A stretch of 25,245 nucleotides of DNA from assembly GCA_002269645.1 (NCBI GenBank), contig NIVC01005133.1:1-25245 (forward strand), given 5' to 3'. Within the stretch, counting starts at the first letter, position 1; every line of letters begins with the position of its first letter. Both the position numbers and the translations under genes were made by a program. Source of the stretch: Macrostomum lignano (taxonomy: Eukaryota). Of this stretch, positions 9,971 to 21,460 are shown piece after piece. The notes beneath the pieces are model-generated. The model was not told the DNA's origin. It saw nothing but the letters and a program-made list of their open reading frames with translations, and did no database searches.

Positions 9971-10409
9971 CGTCTCCGAGTCTTCGCACTCAGTTTATTG
10001 GACTTGATGGAGCATTGCTCAGTCAGCATCCGCCTTCGCTGACCCTTGCTGCCGCAGTCAGGGGGCTCCGGCTGGTGCACAGGACACGTCGGCACCACAT
10101 CGACCGCCTCCTGCTGCTGCTGCAGTTTGCTCAGGTCGCCCAGGGAGGAGGATCTTCGTCGCCGGTCGTGTAGCCGACGACGCGAGAAAATCTGCCTGGC
10201 AGGTCGGAGGCCCCCGCGGCTGCATCGTCGCAGCTGCTGTCGTCTGAGCTGTCAATTTCTACGGAGATGCTTCGAGGCGAAGCCGCAGGCGGCGGACTCG
10301 GGCAGGTGTCGGTGGAGGAGTTGAGCGTCAGGTTGACGGCAATCGGACAAGGGATGTTGTGCCGATGCTGGTGACGTGGCAGAGGAGTTCGGATCTCCAT
10401 CTGGCGTGT
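9971..10409 (-). CDS. Internal coding exon a: TRQMEIRTPLP...SPPPAASPRSISVEIDSSDDSSCDDAAAG / LRPARQIFSRRRLHDRRRRSSSLGDLSKLQQQQEAV...AKTRRR, with one apparent frameshift
   Basis: ctcccacag acceptor and ACG|GTGAGT donor. Two protein-like frames join if one G is added to the G5 run (plus-strand C run 10211-10215), giving 440 nt, phase 0 in and phase 2 out, which matches exon b. Confidence 0.75.
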
Positions 10410-10511
10410 CTGTGGGAGCGTTTTGCAATGTAGATTACACAGTATATAGTCAAGTAGAAATGCAGTTGGGTCGGGCTTAAAGTGGCCAGGTGTGTGTCGC
10501 ACCCTTCCTGA

Positions 10512-10680
10512 GCTATCAGTGACCCCTCCGTGATCCTTCAGTGAGCCCTCCCTGATCCTTCAGTGAGCCCCACTTGATCTATCAGCGGCCACTTTCGGAT
10601 CCTTCAACGACCCCTCCATGATCCTTTAGCGATCCCTTCTCTGATTCTGCAGTGATCCCCTCTCTGATCCTACAGTGACC
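10512..10680. repeat. Degenerate 22-bp minisatellite (CAGTGACCCCTCCGTGATCCTT)n
   Basis: About 7 diverged units. Confidence 0.8.
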
Positions 10681-11142
10681 ATCTTTAACTTTCAATATAA
10701 TTAAGCCGTGTACAGAAATGAGCCTATAGCACTACTGACCAAGTCCTACTGAGTAGCATCACATGCTTTTTGCATTTTACTAAGTTACTTATTAATACAT
10801 CAAGTATTAATGAATTTTTCATTTCTATCTGCGAAACTGCAGACCAAAATTGAGAAAAGAGAAATTATGCTTTTGTCAAGAAGAAGATTCTTCTAGGCTG
10901 CTGAAAGAAGCAGACTAAGAAAGCGTTGCACATCGAAGAAAAAGATTTTATATGGTGTAATAAAAATTCTGATTTATTATCTAGGAATTTCAGCTCACAG
11001 AATCTCGGCAAGACTCTGAATGCTTCATCAGATGCTACTTTCCGGGGTTTCATTTTGCTGCAATATTCGATACATATTAGTTTTGACTCGGAGGATGCGT
11101 TGCCTCTGTGCCCCATTCTGTCACTCGTGCTGAAATGTATCT

Positions 11143-12282
11143 AGTATCTATAAGCACACCTAGCCAGTGTCTATAAGCACACCTAGCCAGTGTCTATAAG
11201 CACATCTAGCCAGTGTCTATAAACACACCTAGCCAGTGTCTATAAACACACCTAGCCAGTGTCTATAAACACACCTAGCCAGTGTCTATAAACACACCTA
11301 GCCAGTGTCTATAAACACACCTAGCCAGTGTCTATAAAGACACCTAGCCAGTGTCTATAAACACACCTAGCCAGTGTCTATAAACACACCTAGCCAGTGT
11401 CTATAAACACACCTAGCCAGTGTCTATAAACACACCTAGCCAGTGTCTATAAACACACCTAGCCAGTGTCTTTAAACACACCTAGCCAGTGTCTATAAAC
11501 ACACCTAGCCAGTGTCTATAAACACACCTAGCCAGTGTCTATAAACACACCTAGCCAGTGTCTATAAACACACCTAGCCAGTGTCTATAAACACACCTAG
11601 CCAGTGTCTATAAACACACCTAGCCAGTGTCTATAAACACACCTAGCCAGTGTCTATAAACACACCTAGCCAGTGTCTATAAACACACCTAGCCAGTGTC
11701 TATAAACACACCTAGCCAGTGTCTATAAACACACCTAGCCAGTGTCTTTAAACACACCTAGCCAGTGTCTATAAACACACCTAGCCAGTGTCTATAAACA
11801 CACCTAGCCAGTGTCTATAAACACACCTAGCCAGTGTCTATAAACACACCTAGCCAGTGTCTTTAAACACACCTAGCCAGTGTCTATAAACACACCTAGC
11901 CAGTGTCTATAAACACACCTAGCCAGTGTCTATAAACACACCTAGCCAGTGTCTATAAACACACCTAGCCAGTGTCTATAAACACACACACCTAGCCAGT
12001 GTCTATAGACACACCTAGCCAGTGTCTATAAACACACACACACCTAGCCAGTGTCTATAAACACACACACACCTAGCCAGTGTCTATAAACACACACACA
12101 CACCTAGCCAGTGTCTATAAACACACACACACCTAGCCAGTGTCTATAAACACACACACACACACCTAGCCAGTGTCTATAAACACACACACACACCTAG
12201 CCAGTGTCTATAGACACACACACCTAGCCAGTGTCTATAAACACACCTAGCCAGTGTCTATAAACACACACACACCTAGCCA
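11143..12282. repeat. 23-bp minisatellite (AAACACACCTAGCCAGTGTCTAT)n; right-hand units carry expanded (CA)n
   Basis: Very homogeneous 23-bp periodicity. The CA tract lengthens after about 11985. Confidence 0.98.
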
Positions 12283-12418
12283 GCGTAGCAACAAAATGCA
12301 TCGAGTTAAGCCCCAATTAAAAGTACATGCTCCTATAGTTGAACATGGATCTGAGCTGATTAGCTCCCTCACCTCTCACTCATCCCCTTCTTGCCTCTTG
12401 GCAGCAACACACCTGACT

Positions 12419-12432
12419 GTTGCTATAGCAAC
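12419..12432. promoter_or_regulatory. Perfect 14-bp palindrome GTTGCTATAGCAAC matching the RFX X-box consensus
   Basis: Sequence match only (GTTGCY-N0-3-RGCAAC type). No functional data. Confidence 0.4.
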
Positions 12433-12961
12433 CGGTCCTGTAGTTGGCGTGTGAGCATTATTATTATCACACTATGAAAGCTACAGCTGCTTGACATTTT
12501 GTGCAAACAGCCAAGCACACGCTTCATGCGTGTTTGGAAGAGAAAACAGACAGAAACCGAAGACGGATATGCAGCGTTTTTATCCGAGAAATTTTTTTTA
12601 CCTAACTGGAGGGGATTAAGGAAAGCGCTGTTCGTATTTGACGCCGGATAAATAACGCACTGGCTTATCTCGCTGAGTCGCCGTTAATCCCATGGGTGTC
12701 TGAAACGAATTTGCAACCTGTCTAACCCCCCAGCCTGTATCCCTGTGTGTTTGAATTAAGGATTGCAGCACTGATCCTTGTCATACACACGTACAAACAT
12801 TTCTCCATTCCATGCAAAAGAATTCATGAAAAATCTCACAATTGTTCTCTATCAATGGCTTCTCTCGCTTCTACCTATAGGAGTTGAAGCTTACCCGAAA
12901 AAAACAAGTGACAAACTGCTTGTTGCACTGCCTTTCACTTGATCCACCTTGGCCCGCCCGG

Positions 12962-13730
12962 TCCCCTTCTCTTCTCTCTCCTCTCCCCATCTCTTCTCTC
13001 TCCTCTCCCCTTCTCTTCTCTCTCCTCTCCCCATCTCTTCTCTCTCCTCTCCCCTTCTCTTCTCTCTCCTCTTCCCCTTCTCTTCTCTCTCCTCTGCCCC
13101 TTCTCTTCTCTCTCCTCTGCCCCTTCTCTTCTCTCTCCTCTGCCCCTTCTCTTCTCTCTCCTCTGCCCCTTCTCTTCTCTCTCCTCTGCCCCTTCTCTTC
13201 TCTCTCCTCTGCCCCTTCTCTTCTCTCTCCTCTCCCCCTTCTCTTCTCTCTCCTTTCCCCTTCTCTTCTCTCTCCTCTCCCCATCTCTTCTCTCTCCTCT
13301 CCCCCTTCTCTTCTCTCTCCTCTCCCTCATCTCTTCTCTCTCCTCTCCCCCTTCTCTTCTCTCTCCTCTGCCCCTTCTCTTCTCTCTCCTCTGCCCCTTC
13401 TCTTCTCTCTCCTCTGCCCCTTCTCTTCTCTCTCCTCTGCCCCTTCTCTTCTCTCTCCTCTGCCCCTTCTCTTCTCTCTCCTCTCCCCCTTCTCTTCTCT
13501 CTCCTCTGCCCCTTCTCTTCTCTCTCCTCTCCCCCTTCTCTTCTCTCTCCTTTCCCCTTCTCTTCTCTCTCCTCTCCCCATCTCTTCTCTCTCCTCTGCC
13601 CCTTCTTTTCTCTCTCCTCTGCCCCTTCTCTTCTCTCTCCTCTCCCCTTCTCTTCTCTCTCCTGTCCCTCTTCTCTTCTCTCTCTCCTCCCGCTTCTCTT
13701 TTCTCTCCTCTCCTTCGCTCCCTTTCCTCT
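12962..13730. repeat. 23-bp pyrimidine-rich minisatellite (TGCCCCTTCTCTTCTCTCTCCTC)n
   Basis: Near-pure CT strand with 23-bp periodicity. It is the source of all ORFs at 12.9-13.8 kb. Confidence 0.98.
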
Positions 13731-14402
13731 ATTGTCCTTTCCATTGAAGAGTTAGCCCCGAGGCAGAATATGAAAATTCGAAATATCGGTACTCAACTTG
13801 CTTAAACATTTGCGTTACAGTGTAAGTGCTTTGGGTTTTGAGAACTCTTGCCTCTCTTCCTCCTCTCTCTCTCTCTCTCACTCTCGTCGCTCCTCTCTCC
13901 TCACTCCTCCCCAATCTTCTCCCTCTCTTCCTCTTTCCTCACTATTCCCAACCTAAACAGCACATTTACTATCATGAATGGTTTCAGGTAAACGTTTCTC
14001 CCAGACTTTTACCATCTATTGCTCCCATTTACGAAACACCATTTTACCATTTCCAAAGAATTGATATTGGAAGAAAATGTAGAAAAGCAGAAGTATACCT
14101 TAGCTCTATTATCTGAATCCATTTCCAATGCAGCATTTATTCTTGCCGGTAACGCCCTTAGCGAATAGGTTATCTCTCATTCTGAACTGCACAGGAACAA
14201 TTCATTGCTAAGAGGTGCATTTAAGAAAAAACTTTCACTAGCAACAGCATTTCTGATTTAGGATACTCTCGATTGACGGGAAGGGGGCCATGGTAGGTGC
14301 TTTGCATGGTAAAACGGTCCCAAAGACAAGTTGGTTGCTAGGGAACTGGTAAAATTTGGAAACAGGTGCGCCTCTCTCTTGCTGCTGTTAAAAGGGCGCC
14401 AG

Positions 14403-15090
14403 TAGAGTGAATCTATTCTCCACCGAGTGACTCTACCCAAACCGAGTGATCCTACCCCTAAAAGAGTGACTGCACCCTTAATAGAGTGACTCTTACCGAC
14501 AACCGACTCATCCTATCATCCTACCCACAACAGAGTGACTCTACCCCCAACAGAGTGACTCTACCCCCACCAGAGTGACTCTACCCCCAACACAGTGAAC
14601 TCTACCCTCAAAAGAGTGACTCTAAACCCAACAGAGTGATTCTACTTCAGTAAGAGTAACTCTTATCCTGAACTGAGTGTCTCTACCCTCAAAAGAGAGA
14701 CTCTCTACCCCTAACAGAGTGACTCTTACCCCTAACCGAGTGACTCTACCCCTAACAGATTGACTCTACCCCTAACTGAGTGACTCTACCCCTAGCCGAG
14801 TGACTCTACCCCTAACCGAGTGACTCTACCCCTAACAGAGTGACTCTACCCCTCTACTCCCAACCGAGTGACTCTACCCCTAACAGAGTGACTCTACCCC
14901 TAACAGATTGACTCTACCCCTAACTGAGTGACTCTACCCCTAGCCGAGTGACTCTACCCCTAACCGAGTGACTCTACCCCTAACAGAGTGACTCTACCCC
15001 TAACAGATTGACTCTACTCCCAACCGAGTGGCTCTACCCCCAACAGAGTGACTCTATCCCCAGCAGAGTGACTCTACCCCCAACGAAGTG
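14403..15090. repeat. 20-bp minisatellite (AGAGTGACTCTACCCCTAAC)n with internal palindrome AGAGTGACTCT
   Basis: 20-bp periodicity, degenerate at the left end. Confidence 0.95.
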
Positions 15091-15559
15091 GCTTTACACC
15101 TACATCAAATTGACATGCTATGTTGTAGGTGTCTATTGTCTAAATACTGTCTATTTTTTACGACTATATGATAACTATTATTTTTATGAACTTTTAATTT
15201 TTATTTATGAATTTTTGTGAGTAAAGTAAAAATGCTTACTTACCTTAAAATAATTACAAATTGTATTTAAAGAAACCTGGTTCTTTTAGGTTTTGCAAAT
15301 TTAAAAACTGAATATTTAATACAACTTTTAACCAGTTCAGATATGAGAGCAGAAACAGCTCTGATTGGTTGTCAAACTCTTCAGCGAATAATGGAGCTTA
15401 TGGTATTTACTGCCACTAAACAGCACACTGGCTGCCCTAGACTAAGGTGTGAAAGTCTGCAGTACTCTAAGTTCGTTCTCAGTGGAAACTTATGGCGATT
15501 AAAAGGATTGAGGTTTTGAGGGGGCTTGGGGAGGTGCTGGAGTTGCTAGAAGGGATCAG

Positions 15560-16080
15560 GTGAGTCATGCAAGGTTGCTAGAAGGGTCCTTGGGGTCATA
15601 CATAAATGCTAGAAAGGATTATAAGGGTCATTGGGGTCATACACGAGTAATAGAAAAGTTACAAGGGTCATACACGGGTGCTAGAAGGGGTCATGGGGTC
15701 ATACAGGGTGCTAGAAGAAGTCATGGGGTCATACAGGGTGCTAGAAGAGGTCATGGGGTCATACAGGGTGCTAGAAGAGGTCATGGGGTCATACAGGGTG
15801 CTAGAAAGGGTCGTGGGGTCATACACGGGTGCTAGAAGGGTCATTTGAGTCATACATGAGTGCTACCGTAGAATAGGTCATATTAAGGGTCATACATGGG
15901 TGCTAGAAGGGGTCATGGGGTCATACAGGGTACTAAAAGGGTCATAAGGGTCATACCCGGGTGTTTGAAAGGGTCAGGGGAGTTATGCAAGGGTGACAGA
16001 AGGATACAGGAATCATACAGGGTGCTAAAAAGGTCATTGTGGCCATTCATGGGTGCTGAAAGGTTCATAAACGGGTGCTA
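15560..16080. repeat. 30-bp minisatellite (GGTCATACAGGGTGCTAGAAGAGGTCATGG)n
   Basis: 30-bp periodicity, best preserved at 15670-15830. Confidence 0.92.
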
Positions 16081-18467
16081 GAATGAGATTAAGGTGTCAC
16101 GTGTAGGTCAGGGGTGCTATACTGGGTCAGGGTGCATTTAATGGGGCTGCTTCGTGTTGTTGAGGCTTGCTATAGTCGCTCTCAGAGAATTAGAATTAAA
16201 AGTCGCCTAATATTCAATTAAACTAACCAAACCTGCAATTAAATTAAACACCACTCGTATTTTTGAAGCTCGCAATAAGCTCAGGTTTAAATGCAGCAGA
16301 CAGAGACCAAGACCTGACCCTCGAGCTTAAGCCTTGCTCTGAAAAATTGCACCATTTTAAGTGGCTTCTTCTTCATAAAATTTTGTTCTCTCAATTAACT
16401 CAGGCCTGAGATGGCAGCGGGTGTGTGCTACAGGGCGACCATTATTCTGTAGTCTACGAAAAAAATTACGTAGAAAAAATTAAAGCTTTAGCCTCATCTA
16501 ACAAGTGTGCCCCCACTCAGACTGTTTATGGCCTTGTAGGAGGGGGTTAAGCCTGGGGTCGCAAAAAATTGAGAATTGTCAAGGAGACCCACAAGCAGAG
16601 CATGGAGTTGCAGCTCTTCTCCAAACCCGCTTTTTAATTAGAGTTAGAGGCAAGGGGGCTGTGTGCACCCTCATGGCGCACTTTAAGCGACATTGTCACA
16701 TAATTGGCGAGAGCCATTCCTGCCCATGCCGTACGCAGTCATACTTTATTTATCGTTAGGCGTGTACACTTCACTGTGCCTTGTCGTTGGCCTCCAAGTG
16801 CGTTAATTGCACAAGCAGACAGACCCCCGAGCTGCAGAGATTCCAATTCCAATTTAGATACCAATTTAGCTTCCAAATTAATGTGACTGCACTTAGAATT
16901 CAGCCTGTGCCGCTGGCACATCAGAGCGCCGCGTTAAGACCACTGCAGGCCACGGCCCCTCAAGATGATAAATCCACTTCCATCATTTTCAGACAAATGT
17001 ACACAGTACCCGTAAATAGACTGACTGAACTCATTCAAACACTTCTTCACCAAGAGGGGAAGTTTTCAGTTTAAATAATCTGCGTTAAAAGAAGAAGGTC
17101 CTTTGCTTGACTTTGCTCATCGGTTATTTAACTTGTTGCACTTTTATTGCGTAAAGTCCTAACAGTACCTTTTTCGGAACACCTATAGCGAGCCAAGTGT
17201 TGTCTGAAATTTATCGGATTTTCATGCGGAGTTTTGACTCCTTCCAGTTTCTGGGTCTTCGATCTCCTTGGGCCAATTTACACCGCGGCTGCATGGGGAA
17301 GGGCATGCCGGGCCGGCTCGTAAACGCCATGGCAATAACAATTATGCCATCGGCTGCCCCATCCTCTGTCTTCTGTCTTTTTTCCTGTCCTCTTGTAACA
17401 TAACTGGGGTAGCTATATTCTTGACAATAAAATATACTTACGAGCGTAAGGCTTCGGCCTCTAAGATGATATGACTGCTAGTTGTAAACATACTGAATAT
17501 CCTATAGGCAATAGCGTACGCACCTTAGAGATACCTAAGATAGAAAGGTATATTTTGCAACATCAATTCAGTTAGTTCGGGACGCAGCTGCCGCGTCTTA
17601 ATACAGGAACTGAAATGCAAGAAAATGCATAAAAAGTTGGGGAAATTGGTTCATGAAGTTTCCAATGGATTCGGCATATGCAGGAAGCCGATTCAATTTA
17701 TTAGCCATTGTGATGCGTATAAGCCATAGGAAATTGCGTCGGCCATGGCGCACCTGCGGCTCCAGATGCGGCTATTCAAAAATGTACCAATATTGTCTTC
17801 GATGTCCACTGTTTACCTCATGCTGTCAAATAATCAAATATTCATTTAGACAAGACTATTTGGAGCAACTCATAACTACAACTGAACTTTGGTAAAACTG
17901 ACGTCATGATACTTTGTTTTAACTAATTAACATCGATTCAAACAAAAACAGTCACGGCTTTGTGAAAAGACACTTTTTAAGTGAACTGACAATTGTTTCA
18001 GTAATAATTAAGCTTGTTTTACTGAACTGATACTTGAACTGAACAGTTGACTCAAACAAAAACAGATACTTGTTTTCGAGAATCGAATTCGCTTCAGGCA
18101 ACATATGCACAGACAACTTATGTTTTTTTTGTTTGTTTTTAGTGCACTTTATGGCTCGCACAATAAAACGAGTAAATTCGTAGTTTTCGTAGAATTGGAC
18201 CCATCTTGGAATTCGCGAGCATTCAATTCGAAGCTTTATTAGCTTCTTGCGCTGCATTTTAATTAAATTTATGGATTTATGATCGAATGGATTCATAGCT
18301 ATATTGCCTTATATAATTATTTCGCCTTGCACTAAACTGGTAGAATGATTTTACCCTTCTTATTGATTTATATCTACTTATACATGCACTTGCTAAAGCC
18401 TCATTATTAGTAGTAATTTTTTAAGTCTTAAAGTGCTTAGGGTTCAGCATACGATTTTTTTAATGTA

Positions 18468-19165
18468 GCCATGATGTTTGTAGGGTAGTCATGAGGTGTC
18501 TAGGGTAGCATTGTGTATCTATGGTAAGCCATGAGGTGTCTAGAGTAGCCATTGTAGCCATGAGGTGCCTATGGCAGCCATGGGGTGTCTATGGCAGCTA
18601 TGAGGTGCCTATGGTAGCCATGGGGTGTCTATGGCAGCCATGAGGTGCCTATGGTAGCCATGGGGTGTCTATGGCAGCCATGAGGTGCCTATGGTAGCCA
18701 TTGTGTGTATAGGGTAGCCATTGTGTGTCTAAGGCAGCCATGGGGTGTCTATGGCAGCCATGAGGTGCCTATAGCAGCCATGAGGTGCCTATGGTAGCCT
18801 TTTGTGTGTCTAGGGTAGCCATTGTGTGTTTATGGGAGCCATGAGATATCTAAGGTAGCCAGGAGGTGTCTATAGGGTAGCCATGAGGTGTCTATGGCAG
18901 CCATGAAGTTCCCATGGTATAGCCATGGGGTGTCTAGGGTAGCCATGAGGTGTCTATGGCAGCCATGAAGTTCCCATGGTATAGCCATGGGGTGTCTAGG
19001 GTAGCCATGAGGTGTCTATGGTAGCCATTGTGTGTCTATGGTAGCCACTGTGTGTCTATGGTAGCCATGAGATGTCTATGGTAGCCATGAGGTGTCTACG
19101 GTAGCAATGGGATGTCTAGTGTAGCGTTGGGGTGTCTATATGGTAGTCATGAGGTGTCTAGGTAA
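18468..19165. repeat. 20-bp minisatellite (GCCATGAGGTGTCTATGGTA)n with alternating variants
   Basis: 20-bp periodicity with local 40-bp alternation at 18560-18700. Confidence 0.95.
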
Positions 19166-21208
19166 CCAGGTGGTACTTGGAATCCAGAATAAGATGCTCA
19201 TAAAGAGAATAATGTTGATTTAATTTATAATCGATTTCACGAATTATGATTAGTCAGAGCAAAAAAGAACACATGTACACGTATTAATTATAATATTCAC
19301 TCAACAAAATATAGTCACCCCACCCAGGTGCAGCGACAGCCTGTCAACGTCGAGTTACAAAGCCGTTCCAAGCCAGGTCTGACTAAAATTGGCGAATCTT
19401 TGGACACAATAATCCTTATGATTTCCCAAATTTTTCAACTCGTCTTCATTGGGAAATTTTGTGTGTGTAGGTTTGGGATAACCATGAAGGGCTCATTTTT
19501 ACAGCTGATGCATGTAATTAAGCGTTTAAATAATAGCTTAATAGTTGTGCAATGTAAATTATTAGAAAAAGTCACAATTTTCAAAAATCAAAGCAATCAA
19601 AGTTTCAAAAATATAAGCGCAAAAACTTTTGAGATGACCTGATTGATTGATCAGAGAATTAAATTAGAGTAGATTGGTCGGTCTCAAACTTTGATCATCG
19701 GTCTCATTGTGCCTCATAGTTTGCAGGATTAGTTCGGATAAATTTCGAACTTGTGTAACGCGGTGCAAAAATGAGTTTTAATGCCTCACGACATGACCTC
19801 CCGTGTTTGTCAGTCATGGAGATTTTCGCGCAGAATCGGCGAGTATAGCTATCGTAAAATGTATAGCAAGATTTGTCTATCATTTGAAGATTCTACAATC
19901 TGATAGACACTGCCACTCGCGAATTTTGCATGTTGATCGAAATATGATTATTCCTATTGATTGACAGATTTCAATTGCAAGTCGCAAAATTTTCTGTAAA
20001 AAATAGTTTAATCCTCTATTTCTTTACTCACTCTGTAAGTGACGTGCAGGTATTACTACTTAAGTCAGTAGGCTGTATCTATCTTTTTTGTTACTATTAT
20101 GGTGATGACTTTTGCGGTTGATTCAGGACCTCAGGCTTTAGTGCAATATGGGGAATTTTTGGAGTCCATGAGCTAGATTTGCCCGCAATGCTCTTTACCT
20201 TGCATGACGCATTTTGTCCACTATATGCTTAGCATAAGTCTTCGCCGACATACCCCATATACTGCTGTACGAGCTACATACATATAGAAATGAAAACCTC
20301 TCCGACTGGAAAATGCCTACCTGGATCCACAACCCCCTCTGCATGGAAGAAATTTGATATGCAGTTATACTAACGGAACTTTTTGATTTCAACGTTTTAA
20401 AACTTTTTTCAACTGTTTTCTAGAACATTCAAAACTATGCAAACATTCTTTTGTCTGGCATGACTTAAATGTTTTAACGTTTTTTTTTAATTTAAGAATT
20501 TATTTAAGAATTTAAGAATTATTGATCAGCCAGCTTTAGTTGACTACCCCCTACACACTCCTCACACCCCTGGCCCCAAAGTCAACGAGTCAATAATTCA
20601 CCTAATCAAGAAAAAGTGATTGATTGGCAAAACTAGCTCGTCAGGTATAATGTAGGCACAAATTTAGGCATAAGAAATGAGAATTAGTAAATTATTTTTA
20701 TTTGTTCAAGATTAAATTACATGTACATATATATATTTATGCTTTTAAACAATTGCGATGTAAATTAAAAAATTTCAATCAACCGAAAGTGAGAAAAATT
20801 CTGGATTCTCACCCTTTCAACGAAATACATGGTAGATGGAATAATATACGAACATGTATATAGGGCTAATTATAGAGGGAAGTTATTTAAATAATGACTT
20901 AGCTTTTAGAAAATAATCAGAGCTACGATTATATGAGCAGCGATTCAGTTGATGCTTCAGTTTGCGCAATAAGCTTTGACAATAAGCCTAATAAATACGG
21001 ATGAAGACTATTGTTGCAAACCATAGAGCTAGTTCCAGAGAGATAGCAGATGGGTCTATAACACGAACTCTCGCTGCATGGAAAACTATGACTATAGGTA
21101 CAATGAACGTCAGCAGGCTTCGGGACGTGCTGACACTAGCTGTAAATTGTTGAGCACGTTGAGCATGCCGACGAAGCCGACACGGCTCAAGATGCGTTAA
21201 GACGCGCA

Positions 21209-21460
21209 AAGTGAAGCCGACATGGATTCAGAGACGTTTATAATTGGGACGCACTGCAGAGTGCAAAGACGACATGGATTCAGAGACGTTAATTGGGACA
21301 CGTTGAATGAAGCGGACATGGATTCAGTTCGAGACGTTAATTGGGGACACGCAGAGTGAAGACGACATGGATTCAGAGACGTGTTGGGACACGCAGATCA
21401 GTGAAGCCAACATGGATTCCATGATCAAGAGAGACGTTTAATTTGGGATGCGCAGAGTAA
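21209..21460 (+). repeat. Degenerate ~45-bp tandem repeat (AGTGAAGCCGACATGGATTCAGAGACGTTTAATTGGGACACGCAG), about 5-6 copies with many indels
   Basis: Recurring ACATGGATTCAGAGACG and AATTGGGAC blocks. Confidence 0.85.

Noticed and set aside
10865-11144. ORFs at 10.9-11.1 kb as the exon preceding exon a
   Set aside because: No strong phase-0 donor and no recognisable protein features. Left unresolved.
2030-12282. Regular repeat arrays as CRISPR
   Set aside because: Units are head-to-tail with no unique spacers, no cas genes are present, and the context is eukaryotic.
12871-13914. Long RE-rich and LS/P-rich ORFs (up to 288 aa)
   Set aside because: Artefacts of the CT-rich 23-bp minisatellite.
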